DNA of 64,000 nucleotides. Origin: Candidatus Eiseniibacteriota bacterium. GTDB lineage: Bacteria > Eisenbacteria > RBG-16-71-46. The stretch is taken from NCBI GenBank assembly GCA_963776245.1, contig CAVZLN010000003.1, forward strand, positions 1,120,001 through 1,184,000, written 5' to 3'. Below, piece by piece: positions 33,003 to 46,459 of the stretch. The position numbers and the translations under genes are program-made. The notes under the pieces are model-generated. The model saw only the letters and a list, made by a program, of their open reading frames with translations, ran no database searches and was not told the origin of the DNA. Position 1 is the stretch's first letter. Each line of letters begins with the position of its first letter.

Positions 33003-33241
33003 GGCCGCAGTCTAGCGAGCGCTCCCGGCCCCGACAAGCCCGGGTGCGCCGCGGCGCCGCGGTGTACACTGCCGGTCGGCGGCGCATCGCCGATCCCATG
33101 AATTGACGCCACGCTGACAGCAGGCCCGGTCGCGAAGGCAGACTGGGCCATCCTAACTCCATTCGTGAACGGCGCCGGACCTGCAGGAGGCCACCGAGGC
33201 CCCGCGACCCGCGCGCCGCCGTCCATGCCCGGAGGATACGC

Positions 33242-34750
33242 ATGAGTCAGAACCCGTCATCCCACACCCACCCCCGTTCGTACTGGCTCGGCGCCGCCGT
33301 GCTCGTCATCGTTGGCCTCGTGATCGGTCTCGGGCTGAGCGCCAGCCTCGATCTCCAGCGCAGCTCGACCGCCCAGCGCTCGGCCTCCTCGAGGGTCTCG
33401 CCGGCCACGGTCGACGGCATGTACGAGAGCCCGTTCGTATCGGTGGTCGATCGCGCGCTTCCCGCCGTGGTGTTCATCAACGTGCAGAAGAAGGGCGTGG
33501 CCGGTGACGATCAGGACCCGAGCGACGAGATGTTCAAGCGCTTCTTCGGCACGCCGCGCCGCCCGCAGATGCAGCCGTCCTCGGGCTCGGGATTCATCAT
33601 CGACAAGAGCGGGCTGGTGCTCACGAACAACCACGTGGTGAAGGACGCCAGCGATATCACCGTCACGCTCAATGACAAGCGCGCGTTCAAGGCCAAGGTG
33701 GTCGGCACCGATCCGCAGACCGACGTCGCGATCATCAAGATCGAGGGCTCCGACCTGCCGGTGCTGCCGCTCGGGGACTCCGACCGGCTGCGCGTCGGGG
33801 ACTGGGCCATCGCCATCGGCAATCCGCTCGGCGAGCTCAAGGGCTCGGTCACGGTGGGCATCATCAGCGCCCAGGGGCGGTCGAACCTCAACATCTTCGG
33901 TGGCACGCCGGTCTTCCAGGACTTCATCCAGACCGACGCGTCGATCAACTTCGGCAATTCGGGCGGGCCGCTGTGCAACATCCGCGGCGAGGCCATCGGC
34001 ATCAACACCGCGATCAATCCGAGCGGCCAGGGGATCGGCTTCGCCATCCCCATCAACCTCGCCCGCCATGTCGCGGATCAGCTGGTCGCACACGGCAAGG
34101 TGAGCCGCTCGTGGATCGGGGTCACGCTCGCCGACCTCACGCCCGAGCTCGCCGAGGGATTCGGGCTCAAGAGCGGCCAGCAGGGGGTCGTGGTGCAGGA
34201 CGTGATCGACGGCCAGCCGGCGGCCCGCGCCGGGGTGCGCCGCAACGACCTCATCGTGGAGTTCGATGGCCGGCCGGTCGGCGACATGCAGAAGTTGCGC
34301 ATCCAGGTGGCCGATACCCCTCCCGGGAGCCGGGTGCCGCTGGTGGTGCTCCGGGAGGGCCGCCGGGTCGGCCTCACCGTCACGCTCACCGATCGCGATC
34401 AGGGTCTCGCGGCGGCGGCGCTGCCGGGTCCCGCCGGCGAGCAGCCGGAGCAGCCCGGGGCGGACGCGCTCGGAGTGCGGGTGCGCGCGCTGAGCGCAGA
34501 AGAGCGCGCCGACTTCAAGGTCAAGTCCGGCGTGATGGTGTCCGACGTGCAGGAAGGGAGCGCGGCCGAGGAGGCCGGGCTGGCGCCGGGCGAGGTGATC
34601 GAGGAGATCAGCCTGAAGCCGGTCACGACGCCCGCCGAGTTCGCCGCGATGCTCCGCGACGCGCGCACCCAGGGCAAGGCGCACATCGCGCTGCTGGTGA
34701 ACAACGGCCGGCAGACGCGCTTCGTCACGTTGATGGTGCCGGCCAAGTAG
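33242..34750 (+). CDS. degP: Do/DegP/HtrA serine endoprotease with two PDZ domains
   Basis: [32 protein letters not shown]. Confidence 0.93.
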   Translation: MSQNPSSHTHPRSYWLGAAVLVIVGLVIGLGLSASLDLQRSSTAQRSASSRVSPATVDGMYESPFVSVVDRALPAVVFINVQKKGVAGDDQDPSDEMFKRFFGTPRRPQMQPSSGSGFIIDKSGLVLTNNHVVKDASDITVTLNDKRAFKAKVVGTDPQTDVAIIKIEGSDLPVLPLGDSDRLRVGDWAIAIGNPLGELKGSVTVGIISAQGRSNLNIFGGTPVFQDFIQTDASINFGNSGGPLCNIRGEAIGINTAINPSGQGIGFAIPINLARHVADQLVAHGKVSRSWIGVTLADLTPELAEGFGLKSGQQGVVVQDVIDGQPAARAGVRRNDLIVEFDGRPVGDMQKLRIQVADTPPGSRVPLVVLREGRRVGLTVTLTDRDQGLAAAALPGPAGEQPEQPGADALGVRVRALSAEERADFKVKSGVMVSDVQEGSAAEEAGLAPGEVIEEISLKPVTTPAEFAAMLRDARTQGKAHIALLVNNGRQTRFVTLMVPAK

Positions 34751-34820
34751 CCGGTGCCGTTCGATGCTCAGCAGCCGTGAGGCGGGGTCCGCCCCGCCTC
34801 ACGGAGCCCCAGGAAGGGGC

Positions 34821-36081
34821 ATGAGGGACACCATTCGCATCCCATCACTCGCACGGACGACCGCGCTGATCGTCGCACTGGCCGGGTGGCCGCATCTCGT
34901 CCACGCCGACGCGCCGCCCCCGGAGGCGCTCACGCTGACCAGCCTGCGCTCGTGGACCGCGCCCGGGAACACGCGCGTGGTGCTCGACTTCTCGGCGTCG
35001 GTCAGCGTGGTCATGCCCGACTCGGGGGTGTCCCGCCTGGTCGTGGTGCGCGTCCCCGGCGAACGCATCCAGTGCCCGCCCGCGGTGCCCACGCGGCTCG
35101 TGGTGGCGGACGGCACGGTGGATTCCGTCGAGGCGCTGATCGACGGACTCGGGCGCCACCTTCACGCTTCTGGCTCGCCGACTCCAACGTCTTCCGGGCG
35201 TTCACGCTGCCGGCGATGGACGACAAGCCGTTCCGCATCGTCCTCGACGTGGAGCGGGCAGGCGGCGATGCGGCGGAGGAGAAGCGGCTCGCCGGCATCG
35301 CGGCCGCCAAGCGCCGTGACCGCGTGCGCGTGGTCGACCATCGACGCCGGTCATGGCGGCGACGACACCGGCGCCCGCGGGCCGCGCGGGGTGCTCGAGA
35401 AGAACGTCACGCTCGCCATCGCGCGCGCGCTCGCGGCCGAACTGGGGCAGATCGACGGGGTGCGCGCCGTGCTCACGCGCGACTGCGGACTACTTCATCC
35501 CGCTGCGCGAGCGCTACCACATCGCGGAGAAGGTGAAGGCCGACCTGTTCATCAGCATCCACGCCAATTCGTCGCGCCGGCGCGGCTCGGGCAGCGGCAC
35601 CGAGGTGTATTTCCTGTCGCTGCGCGGAGCCACCGCCCAGGCTGACGCCGATCTCGCGGACCTCGAGAACGCGGCCGACATGGTGGGTGGGGTGCCGAGC
35701 ACGCCGAGGACGATCTGGTGTCGATCCTCTACGACGTGAAGCGCGCCTCGGCGCTGGAGCAGAGCCAGCTGGTGGCCGAGACGCTGCTCGACCACGTCGC
35801 GGTCGACCGGCGGCTCGAGTCGCGGGGCGTCAAGCAGGCGGGTTTCGCCGTGCTCAAGTCGGTGGAGTTCCCGTCGGTGCTGGTCGAGACCGCGTTCATC
35901 AACAACCCGGTCGAGGCGCGCCTGCTGAAGGACCCCGCGTTCCAGAAGCAGATGGCGCGCCAGATCGCGCAGGGGGTGCGCACCTACTTCGAGCGCACCG
36001 GCGCGACGCGTGTCGGCGCGCCCGCCGGCAGCGGCGCGCCGGTGTCCGGCTCCGCGCCGTCCCGCGGCTCGGGCTGCCTGA
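34821..36081 (+). CDS. N-acetylmuramoyl-L-alanine amidase (AMIN plus Amidase_3); frameshifted, end approximate
   Basis: [27 protein letters not shown] and [10 protein letters not shown] across frames; frame changes near 35150, 35340, 35485 and 35700. Confidence 0.85.
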
Positions 36082-36082
36082 T

Positions 36083-39000
36083 CTACCGCGTGCCGCGCGC
36101 GCTGGATCCGGCCGTCCGCGGTCACGTCGAGCGCGCCGCCGTTGGCGCTCTTCTCCGTCACGTAGCGCTCGAGCGCGTCGCGCACCAGCGCGCCCTCGTC
36201 CCGCTTGTCACGCCCGCGCCCCAGCGTGGAGTAGTTGTCCCCGCCCGTCGCCATGAAGTTGTTGCACACGGCGCGGTAGTCCCGCGTCTCGACCAGCGGC
36301 GAACCATCGGCGAGGACGATCGACATCACGCGCTGGCCATCGGGCCCGTCGGGGTCGTAGGTGAATCGGATGCCGCTCACCTGCGTCACGCGGCCGTACG
36401 TCAGGCCCTCCTCGATCACCTGGCGCACCTCGGCGCCCGTCAGCGTCACCATCGTCATGGTGTTGTCGAACGGCATGACCTCGTAGATCGAGCCCTTGGT
36501 GAGCAATCCCTCGGGCAGTTCGGCACGCAGGCCCCCGGTGTTCTGGAACGCCACGTCGGTGCGCGTCGCGGCGCGCATGGCGTCGGCGACCAGGTCGCCG
36601 ATCGGGGATTCCGGACTGCCCCGCGGCACGCGGCGCACGGCGCTGCCCACCGGGGTGGCGGCCACCGGGCCGGTGGCTGCGTCCCAGTGCCGCACGCGCT
36701 CGATCCACACGCTGTCGGGCCGCACCTCGTCGCCGTAGGTGGTCACGAGCCGCGCGTGGTGCTCCACCACCTTGCCCGCGATCGGATCCACCACCAGGTC
36801 ACATACCCCCACCACCTGGCCGAGCGCCCCGGGATCATCACCGCGGCGCCGCCGATCTCGTCGAGCACCTGATTGTGACTGTGGCCGCCGAACCACGCGT
36901 CCACGCCCTTCACGCCGCGCGCGAGCCGCGGCAGGTCCCCGCGCACCGCGCGGCGGGTGGAGTCGGTCTCGGCCGGGGTGTGGCCCACGCTCAGCACCAC
37001 CGTGGCGTGGTCGCGCCGGCGCAGCCGGGGCGCGATGCGCGCGGCCCACACCGAGTCGTCCTCGAAGCGCAGGTGGGCGACGTTCGCCGGGAGCGTCACC
37101 GAGGGCGTGTTGCGGAAGCACAGCCCGAGCACGCCCACCTTCACGCCGCGCCGCACGAACGCCGTGTCGGAACGGATGTCGCGCGGCATGCGGCCGGTCG
37201 CGCGCACGATCATGTTGGCGCCCAGCGCCGAGAACCGCATCTCCGCGATGCGGCGCGAGAGCGTGTCCGCGCTCCAGTCGAAGTCATGGTTGCCGACCGC
37301 CATCGCGGTGTACCGCAGCGCGTCCATCTGTTCGACCACCGGGCGGCCGAACTGGAGATTCGAGATCATGGTGCCCTGCGAGCAGTCGCCACCGTCGAGC
37401 AGCACCGTGCCCTCGGGGTTCTCGGCACGCAGGCGCTCCACGTGGGCGGCGAGCACCGCGCTGCCGCCGATCGGCCGGTTGGTGCGGCGCTCCCTCGCGC
37501 CGCCGAGGATGGCGCCGTGGAAGTCGGTGGTCTCGAGCACCCGCACCTGCGGGAAGCGCGCGTTGGCGATCAGCGCGAGCGCCTGCCCGCGGGTGAGGAC
37601 CGTGCGCCGGATCGGCGCCCAGCGGCACGCCGGTCGCCAGTGAGCGTCGGAACGATGCGGCATCGGCGGCGCTCTTCAGCGAGTAGCGCGCGCGCTTCGC
37701 CGCCGCCACCAGCGCGTCGAGGGTGGCGCCCGCGGTCGCGGGGGCACCCGCCCTCACGCCGGCCGAGACCGGCACCGGCCGCGACCCGAACGCGCGCGCG
37801 GTCCACGCTGCGACCTCGGGCGCACGGGCGACGGAATCGGCCGCGAGCGCCGCCGCCTCATCGGGCGCCAGCACGCCGCGGCGCACCAGCAGGTCGAGCA
37901 GCGGGCGCGTGCTGCCGGTGGCGTACGACGGGCGCACGTGCCAGTCGTCGTGCCACGCCCCGTCCACCCGGCCGGCGCGGGTGAGGGTCTCGACCAGCAG
38001 GTCGCGGATGCCGGTGCGCCCCTCCGCCACGCGCGGCGCCCGGCGGATCATCTCGAATCCGCCGCCGCCGTTGGCGCGGTACGAGGACACCGCCACCTTC
38101 AGGGACGCGGCCGGGTCCAGCGGCGCGCCGCGCCAGGCGAGCCCGGTGATGCGATCGCCCACCGGCCGGGTGAGATCGATGGCGTACGACACGCCCTCGG
38201 CCATGTCGAACTGGTAGCCCGGCACGGCGGCGTCCGCGAGCGGACGGCCATGCTCGAAGGTGTAGCGCGCCAGGTGGCGCGAGGACTGCTCGAGCGCGGC
38301 CTTGAGCTCGGCGCCGGTCAGCCGCACGGTGACCAGCGTGTTGTCGTACGGGTAGAGCCGCATCGCGTCGCGCAGCCGGATCGGCCCCGGGGCGATGCGG
38401 GCGGCGGGATCGAACAGCGCCGCGAGCGTGACGTCCGCGCCCGAGGCCTCGCGCATGGCGCGGTGCACCAGCGCCCACAGCGGGCCGGGCGCGTAGCGCC
38501 CGCGCGGCGCGCCGATCTCCGACGTGGCCTCGCCGATCACCCGGTCGAGCGCCGTCCGCGTGGCGTCGTGGTAGGGCTGGGCGAACGCGGCCAGCGCGCT
38601 GTCCGCCGGCATCCCGTCGGTCACCTCGATGACCCGCGCGCGCTTCTCGGCCACGCTCCACGGCGCGTTCGCGGCGTCCCGCCGGAGGGTCAGGTCCACG
38701 CGTCCGAGGTCTTCGGCACGCGTGCCGGCCTGGGTCACGAGCGTCCCGCCCACGGTCGCCGCGGGCACCACGGCGTGCGTGTGCCCGAGCACGATCACGT
38801 CCGCGCCCCGGACCTCGTTGGCGAGCCGCACGCCCCAGTTCTCGTCCGGGGCGTCGCCGCTGCGCTCGACGCCGGTGACGGGGTCCTTCTCGAGCCCGGT
38901 GTGCGCGAGGAGGACGACGACATCCACCCGCCCGGCCGCGCGCAACCGTCCGATCTCGGCGTTGGCCGCGTCCACCGGCGAGGTGAACCGCAGGCCCTCG

Positions 39001-39551
39001 AGGTCCGCGGGCGACTCGAGCGCGGGCACCGCGGGCGTGGTCACGCCGACGATCCCGACCCGCAGCGCCCCGCAGGTCTTCACCACCGAGGCATCGAACG
39101 CCGGGAGGCCATCGCTGATCCGCACGACGTTGGCCGCCAGCCACGGGAAGCCCGCGGCCGCGCGCGCCGTCGTCCGCACCCCCGGACCGAACGAGAACTC
39201 GTGATTGCCGACCGCCATCGCGTCGTAGCCCATGCGGGCCATCGCCGCGGTCATGGGCTCGGGCCGCGCATGGTCGCCCTGCTGGTAGACGGTCACCAGC
39301 GGACCGCCCTGGATGGCGTCGCCGTCGTCCAGCAGCAGCACCGGCACTCCTTCGGCGCGGATCGCCCGCACCAGCGGCGCGAGCTTCACCAGGCCGCGCG
39401 GGGCGGGCCGGTCGGCGAGGTAGTCCCAGGCGGTGAGCGCGCCATGGAGGTCGGTGGTATGGAGCACGACGAGGCGGGCCTCGTCGGCGGCGGCGGCGCC
39501 CGCGACGAGCGCGAGCGCGAACAGGGCGGTAAGCAGCGGTCGGAGGCTCAT
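36083..39551 (-). CDS. secreted double-module 2',3'-cyclic phosphodiesterase / 5'-nucleotidase; frameshifted, end approximate
   Basis: two metallophosphoesterase sets (TTDLHG/GNHEF/GHTH and TTDFHG/GNHDF/GHSH), each followed by a C-terminal domain (YPYDN; MPFDN); frame changes near 37600 and 36830. Confidence 0.85.
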
Positions 39552-39683
39552 AGGGCGACGAACGCTAGCACCGGGGATGACGCGGGGCAATCCGCGCCGG
39601 CCCGGGCGCGCCTTGCCCGGCGCGCACGGGCACGCCTATAGTCGCGGTCTCATTTCCCCATTGCGGCCCGCCGAGGAGGAACG

Positions 39684-40499
39684 ATGTCGGACACCCTGAA
39701 CTGCCCGTCGTGCGGGCAGGCGATCCCCGCCGGAAGCGACAGCTGCCCGTCGTGCAACTTCCCGCTCAAGCCGGTGGCGGCACCGCCGCGTCCGGGCGCG
39801 GGGCCGGCCGAGGCTCCGGTCGTCATCGAGCGCCCGCTGCCGCGCCGGCCGCGCCGCGCGCCGGCCGCGAACGCGCAATCCATGACGCTGTGGCTGGTCT
39901 TCGGCGCCATCGCGGCGGCCGCGGTGATCTACGTGGCGTTCCAGTCCACGCTCCAGAACCGCCCGGCCGCTCCCACGGTCGAGGGTGCTAACCAGGACAT
40001 GCAGAAGCATGTCGCCGAGCTGACCGCCACGCTCGCCCGGGACTCCACCAACGTGGACGCGCGCCAGCACCTGGCCGACATCCTCTACGACACCGCCAAC
40101 TGGAACGACGCCATCGTGCAGTACCGCTCGGTGATCCGGCAGGACTCGAGCCGGGCCACCGCGCTCGTCGACCTCGGCGTGTGCTACTACAACCTCGGGT
40201 TCGTGGACATCGCCAAGCGGCACTTCGAGCTCGGGCTGCAGCGTCAGTCCGATCATCCGGTGGCGCTGTTCAACCTCGGGATCGTCGCGGAGCGGCAGAA
40301 CGACCTCGAGAACGCGCTCAAGTACTACCACCGGGCGATGCAGTCGAATCCGCCCGCGGGGATGCAGCAGGCCCTCAACGACGCCACCCTGCGCGTGATG
40401 AACGCGCTCGGCCGCAAGCCGCCGCCGCTCCCGGCCACGTCTCAGGGCGGGATGCCGGGCGGCATGCCCCCGCCGGGGATGCCTTCGGGCGGCAAGTAG
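39684..40499 (+). CDS. zinc-ribbon, TM and TPR protein
   Basis: CPSC...CPSC, one TM helix, TPR repeats (DLGVCYYNLG; FNLGIV). Confidence 0.85.
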   Translation: MSDTLNCPSCGQAIPAGSDSCPSCNFPLKPVAAPPRPGAGPAEAPVVIERPLPRRPRRAPAANAQSMTLWLVFGAIAAAAVIYVAFQSTLQNRPAAPTVEGANQDMQKHVAELTATLARDSTNVDARQHLADILYDTANWNDAIVQYRSVIRQDSSRATALVDLGVCYYNLGFVDIAKRHFELGLQRQSDHPVALFNLGIVAERQNDLENALKYYHRAMQSNPPAGMQQALNDATLRVMNALGRKPPPLPATSQGGMPGGMPPPGMPSGGK

Positions 40500-40577
40500 C
40501 CCACGACCGCGAACCGACGCCGGGCTCCGCCGCACGGGGCCCGGCGCGGACCACCCTCCAAGTCGAGAGCACTCTCC

Positions 40578-41999
<1,422 letters not shown>

Positions 42000-42113
42000 G
42001 CGGCGGGAGGGCCGGGCAGGCCGTCGCCCGCGCCGCTCCCGCGCGCGGCGCCCGGCATCGCGCCGGCTGACCCGGCCGGCGCTGGCGCGGTCCCCACGGG
42101 AAGGAGAGCACCC

Positions 42114-42524
42114 ATGACCCTGACCCAGCATGGCTACGGATTCGGCACCCGGGTGGCGCTCGGGTTCGACGCGGCGATCCAGAAGACCACCGAGCTCCTC
42201 CAGTCCGAGGGCTTCGGCGTGCTGACGACGATCGACGTGAAGCGCACGATGAAGGAGAAGCTCGACGTCGAGTTCCGCCGCTACACCATCCTCGGCGCCT
42301 GCAACCCGCGGCTCGCGCATCGCGCCCTCGAATGCGAGCCGGAGATCGGACTGCTGCTGCCGTGCAACGTCATCGTGTACGAGGACGCCGGCGGCACCGT
42401 GGTGTCGTTCCTCGACGCCGGCGCGGCGCTCGGGTTCGTCGGCAATCCGGCGCTCGACCCGGTCGGCGCCGAGGCGCGGGAGCGGCTCGAGCGCGTGGCG
42501 CTGAGACTCGAGGCGCTGAAGTAG
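42114..42524 (+). CDS. DUF302 domain protein
   Basis: GFGVLTTID, YTILGACNP, IGLLLPCNV. Confidence 0.9.
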   Translation: MTLTQHGYGFGTRVALGFDAAIQKTTELLQSEGFGVLTTIDVKRTMKEKLDVEFRRYTILGACNPRLAHRALECEPEIGLLLPCNVIVYEDAGGTVVSFLDAGAALGFVGNPALDPVGAEARERLERVALRLEALK

Positions 42525-42590
42525 TCGCGCGCGCGGGGCCGGCGGGGCCCGGGCTCCGGACCCCCGGCGCGCCCCCGATCCGCGCGAGCA

Positions 42591-42619
42591 TTGACACCCC
42601 GCACGGGCGTTCCTAGATT
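42591..42619 (+). promoter_or_regulatory. sigma70 promoter of the two-component operon
   Basis: TTGACA-N17-TAGATT. Confidence 0.75.
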
Positions 42620-42630
42620 GCGGTCGGCTC

Positions 42631-44050
42631 GTGCCGTCACGGCGGGCGCGCACATCCTCCATCGCCCCAGCCGGGGAGGCGAACCTGCAGCGGACCATCT
42701 CCGCCACCGTGCTGTTCGCCGCCGCGGCGGCCGTCGCGACCGCGCTGCTGGCGTGGGTCGCCTACCGCGGCGTGAAGGGCGCGCTCGAGGCGGAGTTCGC
42801 GCGGCGCATCGCCGGCGCGGCGGCGGCGACCGCGGCGCAGATCGGCGCCGAGGACATCGCCGACGCGCAGCCTGCTGGGCGAGGACGGCACCGGCTACGC
42901 GGCGCTCCAGGTGCAGCTCGAGGGTCTGCGCGTCAGCGCCGGGCTCACCAGCGCCTCGGTGTTCGACCGCGCGCGCGTGACCCTCTACGACAGCCGCGGC
43001 GCCGAGTACACGCACGAGGCCACGCGGCTCGACACGCTCGCGCACACCGCGGTGACCACGGCGCTCGCCGGGCGCGCCGCGCTCTCGCCGCCGTACCTGG
43101 TCCACGGCGTGCCGCACCGCGCGGCACTCGCGCCGGTGGCGGCCGCGGGGAGGGCCGCGATCGGGGTGATCGCGGTCGAAGCGCCGCTCGACTACCTCCC
43201 GGTGCTCATGCGCTTCCGGCGCACGCTCGGCCTCGCGACCCTGCTGGTGGCGATCGCCATGACCGTGCTCGCGGGGCTGGTGGCGCGCGCGGCGCGGACC
43301 TCGGCGCGCCTCGAGCTCCGGCTGTCGCGCGCCGAGAACCTCGCCGCGATGGGACGGCTCACCGCCACGCTCGCGCACGAGATCAAGAACCCGCTCGCCA
43401 TCATCCGTGGCTCGGCACAACGCCTCGGCCGGCTCGCGCCCGAGGCCCAGCGCATGGCCGATTTCGTCGTCGAGGAGAGCGACCGCCTCGCGGCCACGGT
43501 CGAACGCTACCTGCAGTTCGCCAAGGGCGAGCCGGTGAGCGCCGGCGAAGGGGACGCGGTCGCTTCGCTGGGGGCGACGCTCGAGCTGCTCGAGGGCGAG
43601 CTGCGCGCCCGGCGCGTCGCTCTGGTGCGCGCGGCGGGCGGTCCGGCGGCGGCGCCAGTCGCGCTCGACAACGAGTCCCTGAAACAGGTCTACTTGAACC
43701 TGATGCTCAACGCGCTCGACGCCATGCCCGAGGGCGGCACGCTCACGGTGGCGGCGGCCGAGCGCGGCGGAGGCGTGGAAGTGCGGATCACGGACACCGG
43801 GCCCGGCATGCCGCCCGAGGTGACGCGCCGCCTCGGGGATCCGTTCTACACCACCAAGGCGAAGGGCTCGGGGCTCGGGCTCTTCCTGACGCGGCGACTG
43901 GTGCAGTCGGCCGGCGGCGCGCTGGAGATCCGCAGCGCGCCCGGCGAGGGCACTGCGTGCACGGTGCTCCTGCCGGCGCGCCGGGCCCGGGCGGACCAGG
44001 AGCCGCGGGCCGCGCGCGCGGCCGGCACGGACGGAGAGGACGCGACGTGA
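42631..44050 (+). CDS. membrane sensor histidine kinase; frameshift near 42870, start uncertain
   Basis: first TM in the 42631 frame; LAHEIKNPL, NLMLNALDAM, DTGPG and GSGLGL in the 42911 frame. Confidence 0.88.
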
Positions 44051-45441
44051 GAGTGCTGGTGGTGGACGACGAGGTGCGCAACGCCGAGCTGGTGGCGCTG
44101 GGGCTGCGCGACGCCGGGCACGAGACCGAGTGGGTGACCGGTGGCGCGGACGCGCTCCGGCGGCTCGAGGCCGGTGGCTTCGACGCCGTGGTCACCGACC
44201 TGCGCATGGCGCCGCCCGACGGCCTCACCCTGCTCGAGGAGGCGAAGCGCCGCTGGCCGTCGCTCACGGTGGTGCTGATGACCGCGTACGCCAGCATGGA
44301 GACCGCGCGCCAGGCGCTCAAGCGGGGCGCCTACGACTACGTGGACAAGGCGGGGGAGTTCGGCGCCGAGCTCCGGGTGATCCTCGAGAAGGCCGCCCGC
44401 GAGCGCGCGCTCACCGACGAGAACCAGGCCATCAAGCGGCTGTTCGCGCCGGTGATCGGCGACTCGCCCGCCCTGCAGGGCGCGCTCGAGCTGGCGCGCA
44501 AGGTGGCGGCCACCGGTTCCACCGTGCTGCTGCGCGGCGAGAGCGGCACCGGCAAGGACCTGTTCGCGCGCGCCATCCATCTGGCGAGCCGGCGCGCGGG
44601 CGGGCCGTGGATCAAGGTGAACTGCGGCGCGATGCCCGAGGCGCTGCTCGAGAGCGAGCTGTTCGGCCACGAGAAGGGCGCGTTCACCGGCGCCATCCGC
44701 CAGAAGGCCGGGCGCTTCGAGGATGCGCACCGGGGCACCATCTTCCTCGACGAGATCGGCGAGCTGCCGCCGGCGCTCCAGGTGAAGCTGCTCCAGGTCA
44801 TCGAGGAGAAGACCTTCACGCGCGTGGGCGGCAACGCGTCCCTCACGGTGGACGTGCGCATCCTCGCCGCGACCAACCGCGACCTCGAGGCCATGACCCG
44901 GTCGCACGCCTTCCGCGAGGATCTGTTCTTCCGGCTCAACGTGTTCCCGATCGTGCTGCCGCCGCTGCGCGAGCGCGCCGGCGACGCCACTCGGCTGGCC
45001 GCGCACTTCCTCGAGCGCCACGGGGCGCCCGCGGGCCACCTGACGCCCGCGGCGCTGCGCGCGCTCGAGCTCCATCCCTTCCCGGGCAACGTGCGCGAGC
45101 TCGAGAACGCGCTCGAGCGCGCGCTCATCCTGGCGGGCAGCGATCCGATCGGGATCGAGCACCTGGCGTTCGCGGTCGCGGCGGACCCGGTGGGCGCGGC
45201 GCGCGCGGGCACGCCGCCGTGGGTGCCGTCCATCCCGCCGGAAGGGCTGTCGCTCGAGGTGCTCGAGCGCGCCCTGATCGTGCAGGCGCTCGAGCGCGCC
45301 GGTGGCAACAAGAGCCAGGCCGCGCGCCTGCTGGGGCTCACGCGGCGCACCCTTTACTCGCGGATGGAGCGCCACGGTCTGCGCCGGCCGGGCGAGGGCG
45401 ACGACGGCGGTGGTGACGACGACGCAGGAGGCGAACCGTGA
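44047..45441 (+). CDS. sigma54-dependent response regulator (NtrC/AtoC family)
   Basis: VLVVDDE receiver, GESGTGKD, GAFTGA, Fis HTH; GTGA overlap with the kinase. Confidence 0.95.
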   Translation: MRVLVVDDEVRNAELVALGLRDAGHETEWVTGGADALRRLEAGGFDAVVTDLRMAPPDGLTLLEEAKRRWPSLTVVLMTAYASMETARQALKRGAYDYVDKAGEFGAELRVILEKAARERALTDENQAIKRLFAPVIGDSPALQGALELARKVAATGSTVLLRGESGTGKDLFARAIHLASRRAGGPWIKVNCGAMPEALLESELFGHEKGAFTGAIRQKAGRFEDAHRGTIFLDEIGELPPALQVKLLQVIEEKTFTRVGGNASLTVDVRILAATNRDLEAMTRSHAFREDLFFRLNVFPIVLPPLRERAGDATRLAAHFLERHGAPAGHLTPAALRALELHPFPGNVRELENALERALILAGSDPIGIEHLAFAVAADPVGAARAGTPPWVPSIPPEGLSLEVLERALIVQALERAGGNKSQAARLLGLTRRTLYSRMERHGLRRPGEGDDGGGDDDAGGEP

Positions 45442-46103
45442 ACATGATCCGCGGGCTGCTGTTCGACAATCTCGGGCTCAAGCTGCTGGCGTTGCTCATG
45501 GCGGTGCTGGTGTACCTCAACGTGTACACCGACCGGCCCGCCACCATGATGGTCTCGTTCCCGGTCCAGGTCGTCGACCTCGCCGACTCGCTGACGCTCA
45601 CCGGGCCGGTCGCCGGCGTGGTCCAGGCCGAGATCAAGGGGACCGGCAAGACCCTCATCCGGCTGCGCCTGAGCGAGCCGTCGCTCAAGGCGTCGCTCGC
45701 GGGCGTGGAGCGCGGGCACTACGAGCGCACGATCTCGGCCGCGGACCTGCCGCTGTCCGCGTTCCCGGACGTCGAGGTCATCCGCGTGGTGGGGCCGCGC
45801 ATGCTCGAGCTGGAGCTCGACCACAAGGTCACGGTGCGCCTGCCGGTCGCGCCCCGCGTCGAGGGCGCCCTGCCCGAGGGCGTGGAGCGGGGTGGCGATG
45901 TCGTGGTGCAGCCGGCCACCGTGGCGGTCACCGGGCCCGAGTCGGTGCTCGCCGGGCTCGACAGCCTCCGGCTCGAATCGGTGCTGCTCGAAGGCCGGCA
46001 CGACACCGTGCGCGCCCAGGTGTCACCCGCCGCGCTGCCGGAGTGGTGCGCCGCCGACCCGCCGGTGATCACCGTCGTGGTGCCGCTGCGCCCCGCGCGC
46101 TGA
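45438..46103 (+). CDS. YbbR/CdaR-like domain protein
   Basis: DNLGLKLLALLMAV N-terminal anchor, VQPATVAVTGPES repeat signature. Confidence 0.75.
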   Translation: MNMIRGLLFDNLGLKLLALLMAVLVYLNVYTDRPATMMVSFPVQVVDLADSLTLTGPVAGVVQAEIKGTGKTLIRLRLSEPSLKASLAGVERGHYERTISAADLPLSAFPDVEVIRVVGPRMLELELDHKVTVRLPVAPRVEGALPEGVERGGDVVVQPATVAVTGPESVLAGLDSLRLESVLLEGRHDTVRAQVSPAALPEWCAADPPVITVVVPLRPAR

Positions 46104-46459
46104 CGCGCGCCCCCCAATGGGAACGCTCCGGCATGTAGGCCCGGAGCGCGCCCTGGTTCGAATCGATGGGCGGGGCCGAGCGCCGCGAGTGGAGATGGCA
46201 GGCTCGGTTGTGGGACGCGGTCCTCGGCGCGCCGCCGCGGAAGAGGAATGGCAACCCACGTGCCACGCTCCGCGCCGGTGACGCGCGCGCGTCCGGGCCG
46301 CGTGGATCGCGGGTCTCGCGTCGATCGGAGGCCGCGGGAACGCTCCCCGTGGCGCGGCGCCGCTGCATCACGCAAGACCGCGCCGCGCGAGTCGCAAGCC
46401 CCGAGCGGGCGCTCGGGACGCGGGCCCCGCGGCTCACCCGGCGCGCGCCACGGCCGCGC

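Noticed and set aside
35514..36872. Long convergent overlap between the amidase and nucleotidase genes
   Set aside because: Homologous sequence ends near 36080 on both strands, where out-of-frame stops exist; read-through is probably an indel artefact.
42631..45441. Apparent 936-aa TM-response regulator fusion
   Set aside because: The middle is out-of-frame kinase sequence; the regulator starts at GTG 44047.
46125..46170. GGTTCGAATC T-loop-like sequence
   Set aside because: The flanks do not form a T-stem and there is no cloverleaf or CCA.
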